Source: Epiperipatus broadwayi (lineage: Eukaryota > Animalia > Onychophora). From it: DNA of 64,000 nucleotides. Positions 25,927-36,810 of this stretch are shown piece by piece (positions within the stretch are counted from its first letter, which is position 1; the number at the start of each line of letters is the position of its first letter). The position numbers and the translations under genes were made by a program. The notes under the pieces were generated by a model. The model saw nothing but the letters and a program-made list of their open reading frames with translations. It did no database searches and was not told the origin of the DNA. Location: positions 9,858,001 through 9,922,000 of the forward strand of contig JAQFVV010000005.1 of assembly GCA_028023455.1 (NCBI GenBank). Reading direction: 5' to 3'.

Positions 25927-25966
25927 GATCTGACGAAGACTGCTGGGGACAGTTGAAACAGTAATC
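25927..25966 (+). ncRNA. Minimal type-I hammerhead ribozyme motif in the PLE 3' region
   Basis: GAT-CTGACGA-A-GACTG-ctgggga-CAGTT-GAAA-CAG-TA|ATC. The core is intact, stem II has 5 bp with the extra bulged purine seen in PLE hammerheads, and stem I has 3 bp. Helix III looks one base short. Confidence 0.75.
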
Positions 25967-27070
25967 AATTAAATAAATATATATTTTGCTATAAAGTGTA
26001 AAAGAGTGAAGTTTTGATATTATATATTATGAGATAATTACCATTGTTACAAACAGTAATATAAACTATTGATAAATGGTGAATATATCATTCTTTTATT
26101 TTCTTCTCATGTATTTTATTGATATATTTGACTCTTACATTTTATTTAGCAATCAACAGCATTACTCATTATATATATGGAAAGAGATGGGTGGATAGAC
26201 GTACACAAGCATCTGGATTGACAAATTGTATATATATATATATGAATGTACATTTCAAATATATTCATATATATTTCACTCTATAAACATTTATGAAGTA
26301 ATTAAAGCTTTGAAACATTAAGACATAAACTCAAGATGATATCAAATTTAAAAAAATATTTATTAAAATGCAACAGCAATGAATAGACTATATAGTGATA
26401 CTAAGAAGCTTAATGTTATAATGATGTACATAGGATGATTCTATCCAAATATTTTTATAGGAAATATTTTGTAAATAAAAATTGAGAGCTAAGAGATTAA
26501 ACATAAAAAGAAATTACTGAATTTATCTAGATTTTGTAAATGATGTTATTTTTGTAATTAATTCTTCAGAGTTCCAGTAAATATTTCTAGAATTTTGAAT
26601 GAAAGCAAAAAATTAAAGCTAAAGATACATATTAAAAATGAATAAAACAAATATTCATAATATAGACAGAATAAAATAGATAAAGTTAATAATAAAAATA
26701 CTTTTGATAGAAATAATATTAAAATGAAATTTTTATTTGTCTTTGAAAAATAAGTTTAATAAATATATTTTATTAGTACTTATATATGGATCTAAGAGCC
26801 TTGTATTTTACTAAACATTTCATTTGCCATGTCTAAAACATGAATTTAATTCTAATATATATGAAAAGTTTCAATCAAGTTTAGGAATTTTCTATTAACT
26901 AGCTCATAGCCAATCCATCTAATATTGGATGGTAAACAGGTCTCCTTTTATTCTCAGCTAGAGAGTAAAACAAAAATGGAGAAAACAGCAAACTCCATTC
27001 AGAAACTATCTAACTTACTAATAATTGATGAACCACTAAACACCACATGATCACCATTTCTTATGGTTGT

Positions 27071-27212
27071 TCATAACTGTTATTAAAAGGGGAAAAACTC
27101 TCCATAGAGTAGTGCCAGTCAGTGCAAGCCAGAGTAAACAATGAATGCCAGACTGGCTTGCACTGAGTGGCTCTACTGTATGGAAAGTTTTATCTGTTTT
27201 AATAATTTATGA
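27071..27212. repeat. Fold-back element (about 60-bp imperfect inverted arms, 20-nt loop), MITE-like
   Basis: 27071-27132 is the reverse complement of 27153-27212 at roughly 80% identity. The inner 14 bp (tcagtgcaagccag/ctggcttgcactga) are perfect. Confidence 0.8.
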
Positions 27213-27304
27213 AGTAAGTTTTTCTATTTAGTGAGATATTTCATTGTTTTTCATTTGTCTACTTGTGAATTTGAAAGCAATATATTTAATAGAAGAGCAA
27301 TACA

Positions 27305-27570
27305 AAGATATGTATTAGGATTAACAAGAGAGGACTGAGAGTAAAACTCATGGGTGACAGATTAGGTATATATCCTTAACACTATCATAAAAATTAAGAA
27401 ACTTAATCAGAATTGAATTTGACTTATTATTAGAAGAGATGACAATAGATGGGCAATTAAAGTTTCAAACTGGATTCCAGGAAAGAGACTAACTACCTAT
27501 AAAAAATTATTAGATAGAATAAGTGGAAAAGAGCAGCTGTGGATCAGAGAAATTGGATTAAATTCTAAAA
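27305..27570 (+). mobile_element. RTE-clade LINE 3' fragment
   Basis: Peptide IRRDDNRWAIKVSNWIP matches the RTE C-terminal RRxDNRWxxxVxxWxP motif. Confidence 0.65.
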
Positions 27571-27589
27571 AAAGCCATGAATCACAATT

Positions 27590-28060
27590 TTTTTTTCAGT
27601 TGGTATGGAGGTTTATGATTGTAGAGAGAGCATTAAAATCAAACCATGACTGAATGCATCAAAAACAACTGAAAACACGTGCAAAAAAATGCTGAAATTC
27701 TTTGAAATCATTGTATTTTTGTTATTCTTATTGTGGATTTCACTAACATTTCCAAAACCACTGCACTTTATATATGAAAGGAAAAATTGGAAAGTGATAC
27801 ATGTTTTGTGTTTCACTTTTTGACAGTTGTCAAAAAAGACACTAAATTGGAGTACTGCAGAAACATGCAAAAAACTGCAACTAAGAATCCAAAATTCTTA
27901 TCAAACATTGTAACAAGTGATGAAATGTGATGCTACCAATTTAGTCTTCAAACAAATGCCAAAGACAGAATGGAGATAACTAGAAAAATCAAAAAATTGC
28001 AAATAAAAAAGAAACATGGCTTGGACAATGTTAACTACTACTTGATGTTTTGTTGCATCA
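27590..28060 (+). mobile_element. Degenerate mariner (Tc1/mariner) transposase fragment
   Basis: Remnants CRESI (HTH region) and LLTVVKK...KNPKFLSNIVTSDEM*CYQF, matching the mariner HLLT...FLxxIVTGDETWCYQY (first catalytic Asp) motif. No TIRs seen. Confidence 0.75.
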
Positions 28061-29588
28061 TAATGCATTGACCCATAGTACCAACATTGCATGAAATCTT
28101 TTGGTCAAAATAAATCATTGTTAAGTACATAAACATTCATTCTATTTTAATCAGGAAAATATTTATTTAGTTCCACTTAATTTAGGATATTTCTTAAATT
28201 AAAATTATCCATGAGGGATTACATCATGCTTTTAATTAAAGACTCCAGAAGCTTGTTACAAAATTTCTGCAAATGATTTCAAGGACTGCAGTTTTACAAT
28301 CAGACTATTTTGAATAATCAATAATAAAAACAAAGCACTAATAACATCTTGTATTTTATTTCTCATCAATCAACTTTTTATTGGGATATAATGTGTATGT
28401 ATATAATTTTTTATGTTATATATATAACGAATCAATTTATTAGATTTTGACAGATATTTTGAGTCTTAATTATTTCAAAAGCTTTTTAAAAAATATAAAT
28501 AAATCCATATTTAAAATATTCATTTTATGTAAATTTATGCATATACTTTTTTCTATTAGTTATTCATTTTATTAGATTTTAATATATCTCATTTATATCT
28601 GGATCAATTGTGAGATTTCTGAAAATAATTTTTATATATTTTTCAATGAGCTGTTATTTACTATTAAAACTAGGCCATATGAATCCATGTTTTCATAGGG
28701 AAATATTTAATCTAATAACTTATAATGTAAAAGAGATTAGAAAACGTTAGAGAATTGCAATTTTGAAAAAATATATACATTTTACTATAAAAATTTTAGT
28801 TACATAAGCATTGTTCATATATATTTTTAATTTTCTTCCTATTTAGGTTATCTGCAAATCATCCAGAAAATTCCAGTTTTACAGGATTCATTGATCTCTG
28901 TGATTGTTACATAATGAACCCTACTGTACACAGGAGCTTTTCTTGAGTATATGTATTTTATACAGATCCGATGTATGATTTGTTACAGACTGCTTATTTG
29001 TTATTGTAATTGTAGAAATAGATCATACCATTCAGAAAATCTCAAGTATTATATTTAAATTTAAGATTTCTTCCAAGAAAACTTCAATTACATAAAGTTT
29101 ATATCAAAATATATATGTTATTCATAGATATTATGCAGTACTTCAACCAAATAATTGATTGACTTGTCTCTCTGGAGATCATATGAAGTAAAATCACCAG
29201 AAGTTGCTAGGATTGAGCTATGGTTCATGGATTATTATCTCCACCCCTACTCTAAACTACACAGCATTCTTTTGTGAAATTTTTAGTAAATCATATTTCT
29301 GTCATCTCAAGTGATCTCACATTCAATATTTTGCATATGAAATTGCCTTCTTATAAAATAAATAATATGATTTATATAATCTTATACCATTGCTTGAACA
29401 AAGTAAAAGAATTCACAAATGTGCATTGTCTGTTAAATGCAGCATATATTGCTACAAAATTGTAAAGAATGTTTAAATACTATGCATTACATTTGGTGCT
29501 TGAAAAAGAGTTAAATTTGCATGGTAACAATTCGGATCAGAAAATAGTAAAATAAAACTTAATTGAAAATTATAGGAAGTATTTTAAA

Positions 29589-30626
29589 ATGGCTGAAAAA
29601 TTTGAGGAAAAAGAACTGCTATGTCAATTTTGTAATTTTAAGACAAATCATATAAATATTTTAAAATTACATGAAAGTGATCATACTAGAGAAAAATATT
29701 TTAATGATAGTTTGAATGATAACAAAACTTTTCAAAAAATATATGAAACAACATATATAGAAGAAAAATTACTCCAATGCAGTCTATGTGATTATAAGTC
29801 TTCATATAAAGGTAACTTAAAAAGACATGAAAAAGGACACACAGGAGAAAAACCTTTCCAGTGCAGCTTATGTGATTTCAAGACTGCCCTCAAATGTAAT
29901 TTAAAAATACATGAAAGAAATCATACAGATGAAAAATCTTTCCAATGTAGCCTATGTAAATATAAATGTTCATGTAAAAGTGATTTTAAAATGCATGAAA
30001 GGATTCATTTAGGAGAAAAACATTTCCAGTGCAGATTTTGTAATTTTACAGCTGCTACAAAAGGTTATTTAAAGGCACATGGAAAAGCTCATATAGGAGA
30101 AAAACGCTATCAGTGCAACCAGTGTAATTTCAAAGCTATCCAGAAGAGCACTATAAAATTGCATGAAAATGTTCATACTGGAGAAAAACCCTTCCAGTGC
30201 AGCTTATGCAATTATAAGGCTGTACAGAAAGGTAATTTAAAAGACCATGAAAAAACTCATACCGGTGAAAAGCCTTTCGAATGTATCTTTTGTGATTTTA
30301 AAACTGCCCGCAAAAATAATTTAAAAAAACATTTAAGGACTCATACAGGTGAAAAACCCTTTCATTGCTGTTTGTGTGACTTTAAGGCTGTTTCTCAAAC
30401 TTCTCTAATAAAACACAACAGAAACATTCATATGATACATCCTCTTCCAAAGTTAAATTTCAATAAGCAAAAAAGAAAATACATTAAAGATCATTATACT
30501 AATTTGAGAAAATTTAAATGCCATTTGTGTGATTATAAAAATAAGGAAAAAAATGTTATAGAAAGTCATGAATCTAGTCATTTCACTGATTGGGTCACTA
30601 TTGAGATATTTCTACATTTCACCTAA
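29589..30626 (+). CDS. Tandem C2H2 zinc-finger protein, 345 aa, 10 fingers, single coding exon
   Basis: Uninterrupted ORF with repeated CxxC-x12-H-x3/4-H units and TGEKP-type linkers. A splice-acceptor-like TATAG lies 13 nt upstream of the ATG (tatag|gaagtattttaaaATG), and AATAAA-like signals follow the stop. Confidence 0.95.
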   Translation: MAEKFEEKELLCQFCNFKTNHINILKLHESDHTREKYFNDSLNDNKTFQKIYETTYIEEKLLQCSLCDYKSSYKGNLKRHEKGHTGEKPFQCSLCDFKTALKCNLKIHERNHTDEKSFQCSLCKYKCSCKSDFKMHERIHLGEKHFQCRFCNFTAATKGYLKAHGKAHIGEKRYQCNQCNFKAIQKSTIKLHENVHTGEKPFQCSLCNYKAVQKGNLKDHEKTHTGEKPFECIFCDFKTARKNNLKKHLRTHTGEKPFHCCLCDFKAVSQTSLIKHNRNIHMIHPLPKLNFNKQKRKYIKDHYTNLRKFKCHLCDYKNKEKNVIESHESSHFTDWVTIEIFLHFT

Positions 30627-33600
30627 GTTGTTAAAATCTTTGCTGACTTGAATATTCAAAATGTTAAATAGTTTATATATACTATATTAATAATGTCAAA
30701 ATAATAATTAAAAAGATTTTAATATAATAAAGTTTATTTTTTTTAAATGCATACTGTGAAGTGAGATCAATCATTAAATGGAAGTGAAAAGTCTATATGG
30801 TATTAAGAAATATGCAGGCCTGGGGTGCAAAGAAAAAATTATCTATATTAGGTATTGAAAATGAAATATTGAGCAATTTACATGTAGAAGATATCATAAA
30901 CAATTTTTTTGTAATAAAGCTGGATTACCTTTGTAAGAAATGAGTAAATATATATATATTGTGACCTTTTATTTAGGTCTCTGTATTAAATAGTCCAAAA
31001 TTTTAAATCATAATATGTTTAGCATTAAAATCTTAACAAGTGGCTTTCAATAAAGATTGTTTTGGATGCACTAGGAAATTGCTTGAGTGGAGATGAGGTT
31101 TCAAACCCAGTGTAGGCTTTGACTAGGGATAAAATAATAATTTTATAAGTATTATTAATTGGGAGATAAACATATTAATATTTTATTATTTTTGAATAGC
31201 AATTGAAACAAATAAATAATTAAATCAAATTTGTAAATCTTGTAAAATGAATCGTTACAGTTAATTCTTAAGCATATTTTTTTGTAGTGAATTGAAAATA
31301 GTTTTTGATATTATGGTTAGTTATTAAAAATGAAGCCAGAGGGGGTAATGTTAATATATTCACACGAAGATTATTGGTTTAATTGCTCCCACAGTGCATT
31401 GTAATAAAAGCTATATATAATTTAACAAAGTTGTAGGGGGTGTTGATTAAAAAAAAAAGAACTAAACAACCACAGACTTCAACTCTGATCTTCTAAAATA
31501 AGGAGGAATAAAGCTAAAAATCAAAAAATTTTGGAATCTAATTGAATGGGATTATAATATATTGCTATCTAAAAACATGGAATAAAATCTAAAAGCCTTG
31601 CTATCATTTTAAGCACCATCTCCACGACCATATAGTTCCTAGGATTCATACTGGAGAAGGAAATGAAAGCCATGGGGATAAGTCTTTATCTAAATAAATA
31701 TTGCTTCAAATCCAGAAAAATTCAAGAAAAAGTAAGCTTTTGCTTGTATTTTATTCATGTTTTTAAAATCTCTTCTTTAAAAATGACACACAAATTATTT
31801 ATAGTTAAAATAAAGAGTTGATAATGTTGTATTTTGCACCACTATTAAACATAAAGCAGAACATATGATCGTTTGGAAAATCATAATTTCAAGAAAATAA
31901 TTCAAAGTAATTTTAAAGAGGGATTTCAGAAGATATTATAAATAAAAGTTAAAAGATAATTGTAAGTGATTTTATTCTCAATTCTTAAGAAATAAACACT
32001 CATCTGCTGATTTTTCTTAGCGCGAACTTATGTAACAATAGAAATGAATGATTACAGATTCATTAAAAATGCTCAAGATATCGTACTTGTAATTGGATAA
32101 ATTCTTTTTAATAGTGCTAAACAGTTATTATTTGGTCAATGGAAATATAATACAATAAATCTTTACTTTTAAAATTTTACAATGCAACGCATATAAATAA
32201 GATTTTAGAAAATTGTCTGGTAACTGTCCCAATTAAATCGTACCACGGAGAAAAGAATAAAATTAATAAAGAATTTTAAAAAAGTTAAATATGTTAATTG
32301 CAATAAAATTATAGTCATTTTCAAGGAAAATCATCTTGATTAAAATGTAAATAAAATGATTTTAGTTACATTCCACTTGAAAGGTTTAAATCTTGTCTCA
32401 CTATGCAATCCTGAATAAATCAATAAATGTATTTAAAAAGTTTATTTTGAAGATTATAATAACTGATAAAGTTAGTAAGGAAAATTATCTAGAGAAAAAT
32501 GGATAAACTGATTTTAATTATGATACACTTGAAGACATTTGAATATTGCCTTATTATATTAGCATAAAATAGGATAATAAAATATATGTGCATTATCTAG
32601 AATGTTTGGTCATAATATCAGTTCTTATCATTTTAACTCACAAGGATGAAATAACTTGGATGAATAGGATAAAAATTTAATGGATAAAAATGTATTTTTA
32701 TTTTTTTATTATTGCTGTGTTAGGTATAATACTTACGTCATGTGTTATTTGGGAATTTTGTTTTTTTAAACATACGTGTGATTGTGGTATGAAATATATA
32801 TTGAGTTAAAGAGAAAAAATGTGTAAAATATATACATCTATTACATGTATTTTTATTTTTCCAGTTAAGGGAAAACATGATATATATATCATTTATCTAG
32901 AGAGAGTTGAGAGAGATTTACTTCTCTCATATTTTAAAACAGATTTTAATGTATATTATTAAAGGGTGAATATGCATACATTTTGTCAAAGATATATTAG
33001 AATGACCGAATTATTTTCTTATATAAAAGAAAATTTGATATAAGCCTTTTTCATTTTGTATAGAAATGAACTTGTCCACTTTGAATACAAATGTAGGTTG
33101 ATCTTTATTGCTTAAATACATTGTGCTCTCTCTCACAAAAGTATAGTTGTCATTTTAAGATAATTAATGATCATTTGACATATATATATATTTTGGTTTG
33201 TCTATTGATACATTAATGGTTCTGCATTGTGAAAGGTAATATGTATATCTCCACTGTTATTATTGGTGTGGTTTTACCTTGCTATAATATTGAGAATGAT
33301 TTGAGTTTTTAGCTGATAGGATGTTCCAATAGAATGGCATCCAATAGATTAATATTAATATTGAGCATGGGCTGATGGAGAATCACCTACTGATGATTCC
33401 ATGAGAGGAAAGTTTGGTAGAGGATGAGTAGTAATTAATGCTTGTTAGCATAAATAATCCGAAAAGAAAGGATATCCATGGTCTGAATTCTATTTTTTTT
33501 CATGATGAGACAAAGCCCACATGTGTATATCCATAGAGAGGTAGTAGAATTAGCCATATTATTATACAACTGTCATGTTGTTTTTATAGAGCCTCCCTTT

Positions 33601-33737
33601 TAGTGTTAAATCCTCATGATGATATAGTTAGTTTTTTCCACCGTGTATGGTGAAGTATAGTAGTTCAAAATCATATGGCAAGGATAAAATAATGTTAGAT
33701 TTAGGAACACTGATTGAGATGTAGTAGTTTGCCTAAT

Positions 33738-33777
33738 TATAATAGTGCTTTATGATGTAGGATCATCATCAGTTATA
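33738..33777 (-). ncRNA. Variant or degenerate minimal hammerhead (GAAA to TAAA)
   Basis: TATAA-CTGATGA-TGAT-cctac-ATCA-TAAA-GCAC-TA|TTATA. Both stems are perfect, and the core differs only at G12. Confidence 0.6.
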
Positions 33778-34026
33778 GACAGACCAAACCCAAAACCTAC
33801 TTGTAATTGTAGAACTTATAGATGTAAGAGCAAGAGATGCACATGGACAGTGTGGATTTATCTTCATCGAATAATGATTTAACAATGGATTGGTAAGATC
33901 AGTTATGTATTCAATAATTAGGTTGTGGACATAGATGTTTTAGTGACATGTGTGTATTTGACTTTTGTTGTCTGTTCTGTAATACACCAAACCTATTCAT
34001 CTCAAATTTTAATGTTATTAATTGCG

Positions 34027-34058
34027 CAGAATATGATAATTGCCCTTATCATATTCTG
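34027..34058. repeat. Perfect 13-bp hairpin with 6-nt loop
   Basis: cagaatatgataa-ttgccc-ttatcatattctg. Confidence 0.85.
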
Positions 34059-35224
34059 ATAAAAGAAATGGTTTCAGTATAATGCAACCCTTTATAACTT
34101 TTGAATTCTAAATTTAAAATTTATGCATACCATAAGGTCTTAAATACACTGTTGTTTTTGTAATTTAAGTGCTAGTTCAGTTTCCATAAGGTTTCATGAT
34201 CTTATTCTTTAAGATAGACTAAAACAGTAATAAGTGATAGTTTGAATATCATTTTATAAGCTGGTGGTATTGACTAAGAATATGGACAATGGGATACTAA
34301 GTATTTGTCCCATCCATAAGTTCTTTTAATATATTAGTTTTATTTCATGCCATGTCTTTGAATAAAAATTTGTAAATATTGTAAATAAAGTTTGTTGTGT
34401 TTAAAAATTTAGTTAGTTGCCTGTAGTCTTATTGCTAATCACCATATATACACTATTATTGTTATTGCTATCGACCTATCAGAAGATTATAAATTGAAAT
34501 CATCATCGACCAATATAGTACTATTAACTATATTATGCTATATCATAATAATTTTGTTAAGCCTAATAATTTATTAGTACATCTAATGCATCATCACACA
34601 ATAATCAAAATGTTAATAACTTAGAGCACAGATTATTTTAAGTAATAGATTAAAAGGTAAATATAATATTGATTTAATTGGTTTAGTTGAACCTGCAGAG
34701 CTATCATTCACTGATCTTGATCACATGGTTTATAATTATTTGAGAAAAAAAATTTGGTAAGTTATTGTATTTATTTATTAAAAAGTTATTCCTATTTCTT
34801 AAATATTAAAGTTATAAGAGTTAGTGAGTTCATAAAGTTTATGTGTAACTGCTAAATATAGTTCTTAATTTGAGTTTATATTGAGAGCTGTTTTGTGCAT
34901 TCTATTCGGGTAGTGGTAAAATCCCTCTCACTGACCCAAATATATTTTGTATAATGATTTTAAGTGTTTGAACCCTGAGAAGAATTAGTTGTTAAGTTTC
35001 AAGGTAGAATTTAAATTTGTAATAAATTTTATATCTAGTTAATTATTATAGTTGAACTTGAAATAGATTACTTTCAATATTTTATGAAAGTCAACCAAAC
35101 TTTAAGATGTAAATTACTTCTTTTGGCATAAAATGTATAGTATGTTTTAACTTCATGATAAATATTCTGGTTGTGTCAAGCTTGAAATCCCTATTTTTAT
35201 TTAGCTTATCTTTTTATCATTTAA

Positions 35225-35800
35225 TACCATATTAGTTTATAGTTTCAGATTTCAGTCTCCATCATTAACATTGTTCTTCAATTTCATCTTGATCGTTCTT
35301 TTATTTATTCATTCTCATTTGACATTAATTCATTATCATAATTGATTAATCATACATTAACTTTTATTCTTTTATCATCTTAACTATTTATTAACTTTTA
35401 TTCTATCATCATCTTAATCATTCATTATTCTCATACATCTTCGTTCTTTTCTCTTCATTCTTAGACTCATTTCATTCCACTATTTAATTATTACTTCTTT
35501 CCATCATCCATTTAGTCATCTACATCATAATTTACGCATCACTTCATTTATAAGTTTAATTTCATAATCATTCCAGAGATATAATTATTAGTTATTTATT
35601 GGTTTGCTGAATATTAAATTTAACTCTTCACTTCTTGTTTGTGTGGATTTTAAAGCTGGTTTGACCAGAAGTTATTACCTTTATTAATCACCTTGTGATC
35701 TTCTTTAGATCTATAGTTTCATGCTAATTTTATTTAATTCAGGAATCATTTTGTTAGTTTTACATTTTGTTTCTTTATGCTTATATTCTTGATAATGAGA
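35225..35800 (-). mobile_element. Penelope-like 3' remnant
   Basis: LVKPALKSTQTRSEELNLIF resembles the PLE endonuclease end (KPxLNxQxxSxxLxLF). It is followed by a C-poor sense-strand tract and a decayed hammerhead-like motif at 35235-35271. Confidence 0.55.
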
Positions 35801-36629
35801 GTATGATAGGTTGCATAGGAGAATTTAGTAGCTAAAACGTACGGCATGATTCGTTTATGACCAGTTAGACCAGTGAGAAGGTTACAATATATATTTTATT
35901 CTTTGTGTTTCTTTCTTCATTTATATATTCTTAATATGCAATACAATAAAATGATTTGTAGGATGTTAATTTACTTCAGGATCTTTTAATTTATAATAAA
36001 ACAGGATACAAAAATTTTGCATCCAAGCAACTCAAATTCATAAAACGGCCCTGACTATGCTACAATTTAATAAGAGGAGAAAAAAAAAGTAATTTTATTA
36101 TTTTAGACAAGAGGGTGAGTGAATGATGATTTTTTTTTTTTTGTACAGATGTTTTCAATTAATGCATTATGAAGAGAATACTTAAAGCATTAGTTACTAC
36201 AGGGCAAAAACTTTAACAATACTCCAAAGAGAAATGGTAAAAAAAGAATTGCTGATTGTGGATGGTAAAAGGTTTTAGCAATTTTTTATCCTTAACTCTC
36301 TTTCTAAGAATAACTTTTTATCTATTTACTAATCAATTATAGATGGTTAATAAATTGCTTATGGATTGAAAAAAATCTAAGTCTACTGAAATTGAAAAAT
36401 ATTTCTAAAATGTATCCTGTTTAGAATTAAATTATATGTATTTAGCATATACAAAACTTGGACAATTGGAAATTCTAGTTGTGTATGTAATCATTATCAT
36501 TCAATAATAGTTTATTAAGTTAAAATTGTTTTCTTACTGTCAATTAATTTTGTATGATGCATAACTTCAAATCACATAAACTGTCTTATATTGCAACATT
36601 AGCATTAATTTATGCTAACTGGAATTATG

Positions 36630-36810
36630 CATTATGAGATTTGTATACGTGTTGTTTCTTGCATCTATTGCAAAATTGCTGTCATAATTTGATTTCTACT
36701 ATTTAGTGCATCAAAGGGTTATAAAGTATGGATAATCTATATGTCAACAAGCTAATCATGCTAAAAATAGCAGTTATGCTCTGCTGCCAAAAAAACCTTG
36801 CATCAAGCAT
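36630..36810 (-). repeat. Dispersed repeat, homologous to 39395-39570; probable LINE RT remnant
   Basis: Direct-orientation similarity, e.g. catgctaaaa(a/t)t(a/t)g(c/t)agtta..ctgccaa. The minus reading KSNYDS resembles the D-x-x-KAYD RT motif. Confidence 0.5.

Larger units (their letters stand above)
23700..26040 (+). mobile_element. 5'-truncated Penelope-like element (RT + GIY-YIG endonuclease + long 3' region with hammerhead)
   Basis: FEFNGKFYKQKGLLIGGALS, RYVDDFLLIF, IKFVTKWE...LIYLDIEI...TGVYKK (PLE RT). GIYEINCRKC and GHELK...RKIREAILIKEIKPNINRKNG (GIY-YIG) end at about 25123. Multiple frameshifts. Confidence 0.92.
33700..34330 (-). mobile_element. Penelope-like 3' remnant (GIY-YIG C-terminus followed by a hammerhead motif)
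   Basis: Frameshifted METELALKLQ / TVYLRPYGM resembles the PLE endonuclease end (ExxxIxKLxTLxPxGxN). A hammerhead motif lies about 350 nt downstream on the same strand. Confidence 0.5.

Noticed and set aside
33385-33424. Plus-strand CTGATGA-TTC-catga-GAG-GAAA-GTTTGG-TA hammerhead-like string
   Set aside because: Stem I is mismatched next to the core and helix III cannot pair. Not distinguishable from chance.
33760-33990. Cys-rich plus-strand peptides (TCNCRTYRCKSKRC; CGHRCFSDMC...CLFC) suggesting CXC or RING domains
   Set aside because: They are in different frames separated by stops and overlap a better-supported minus-strand PLE 3' region.
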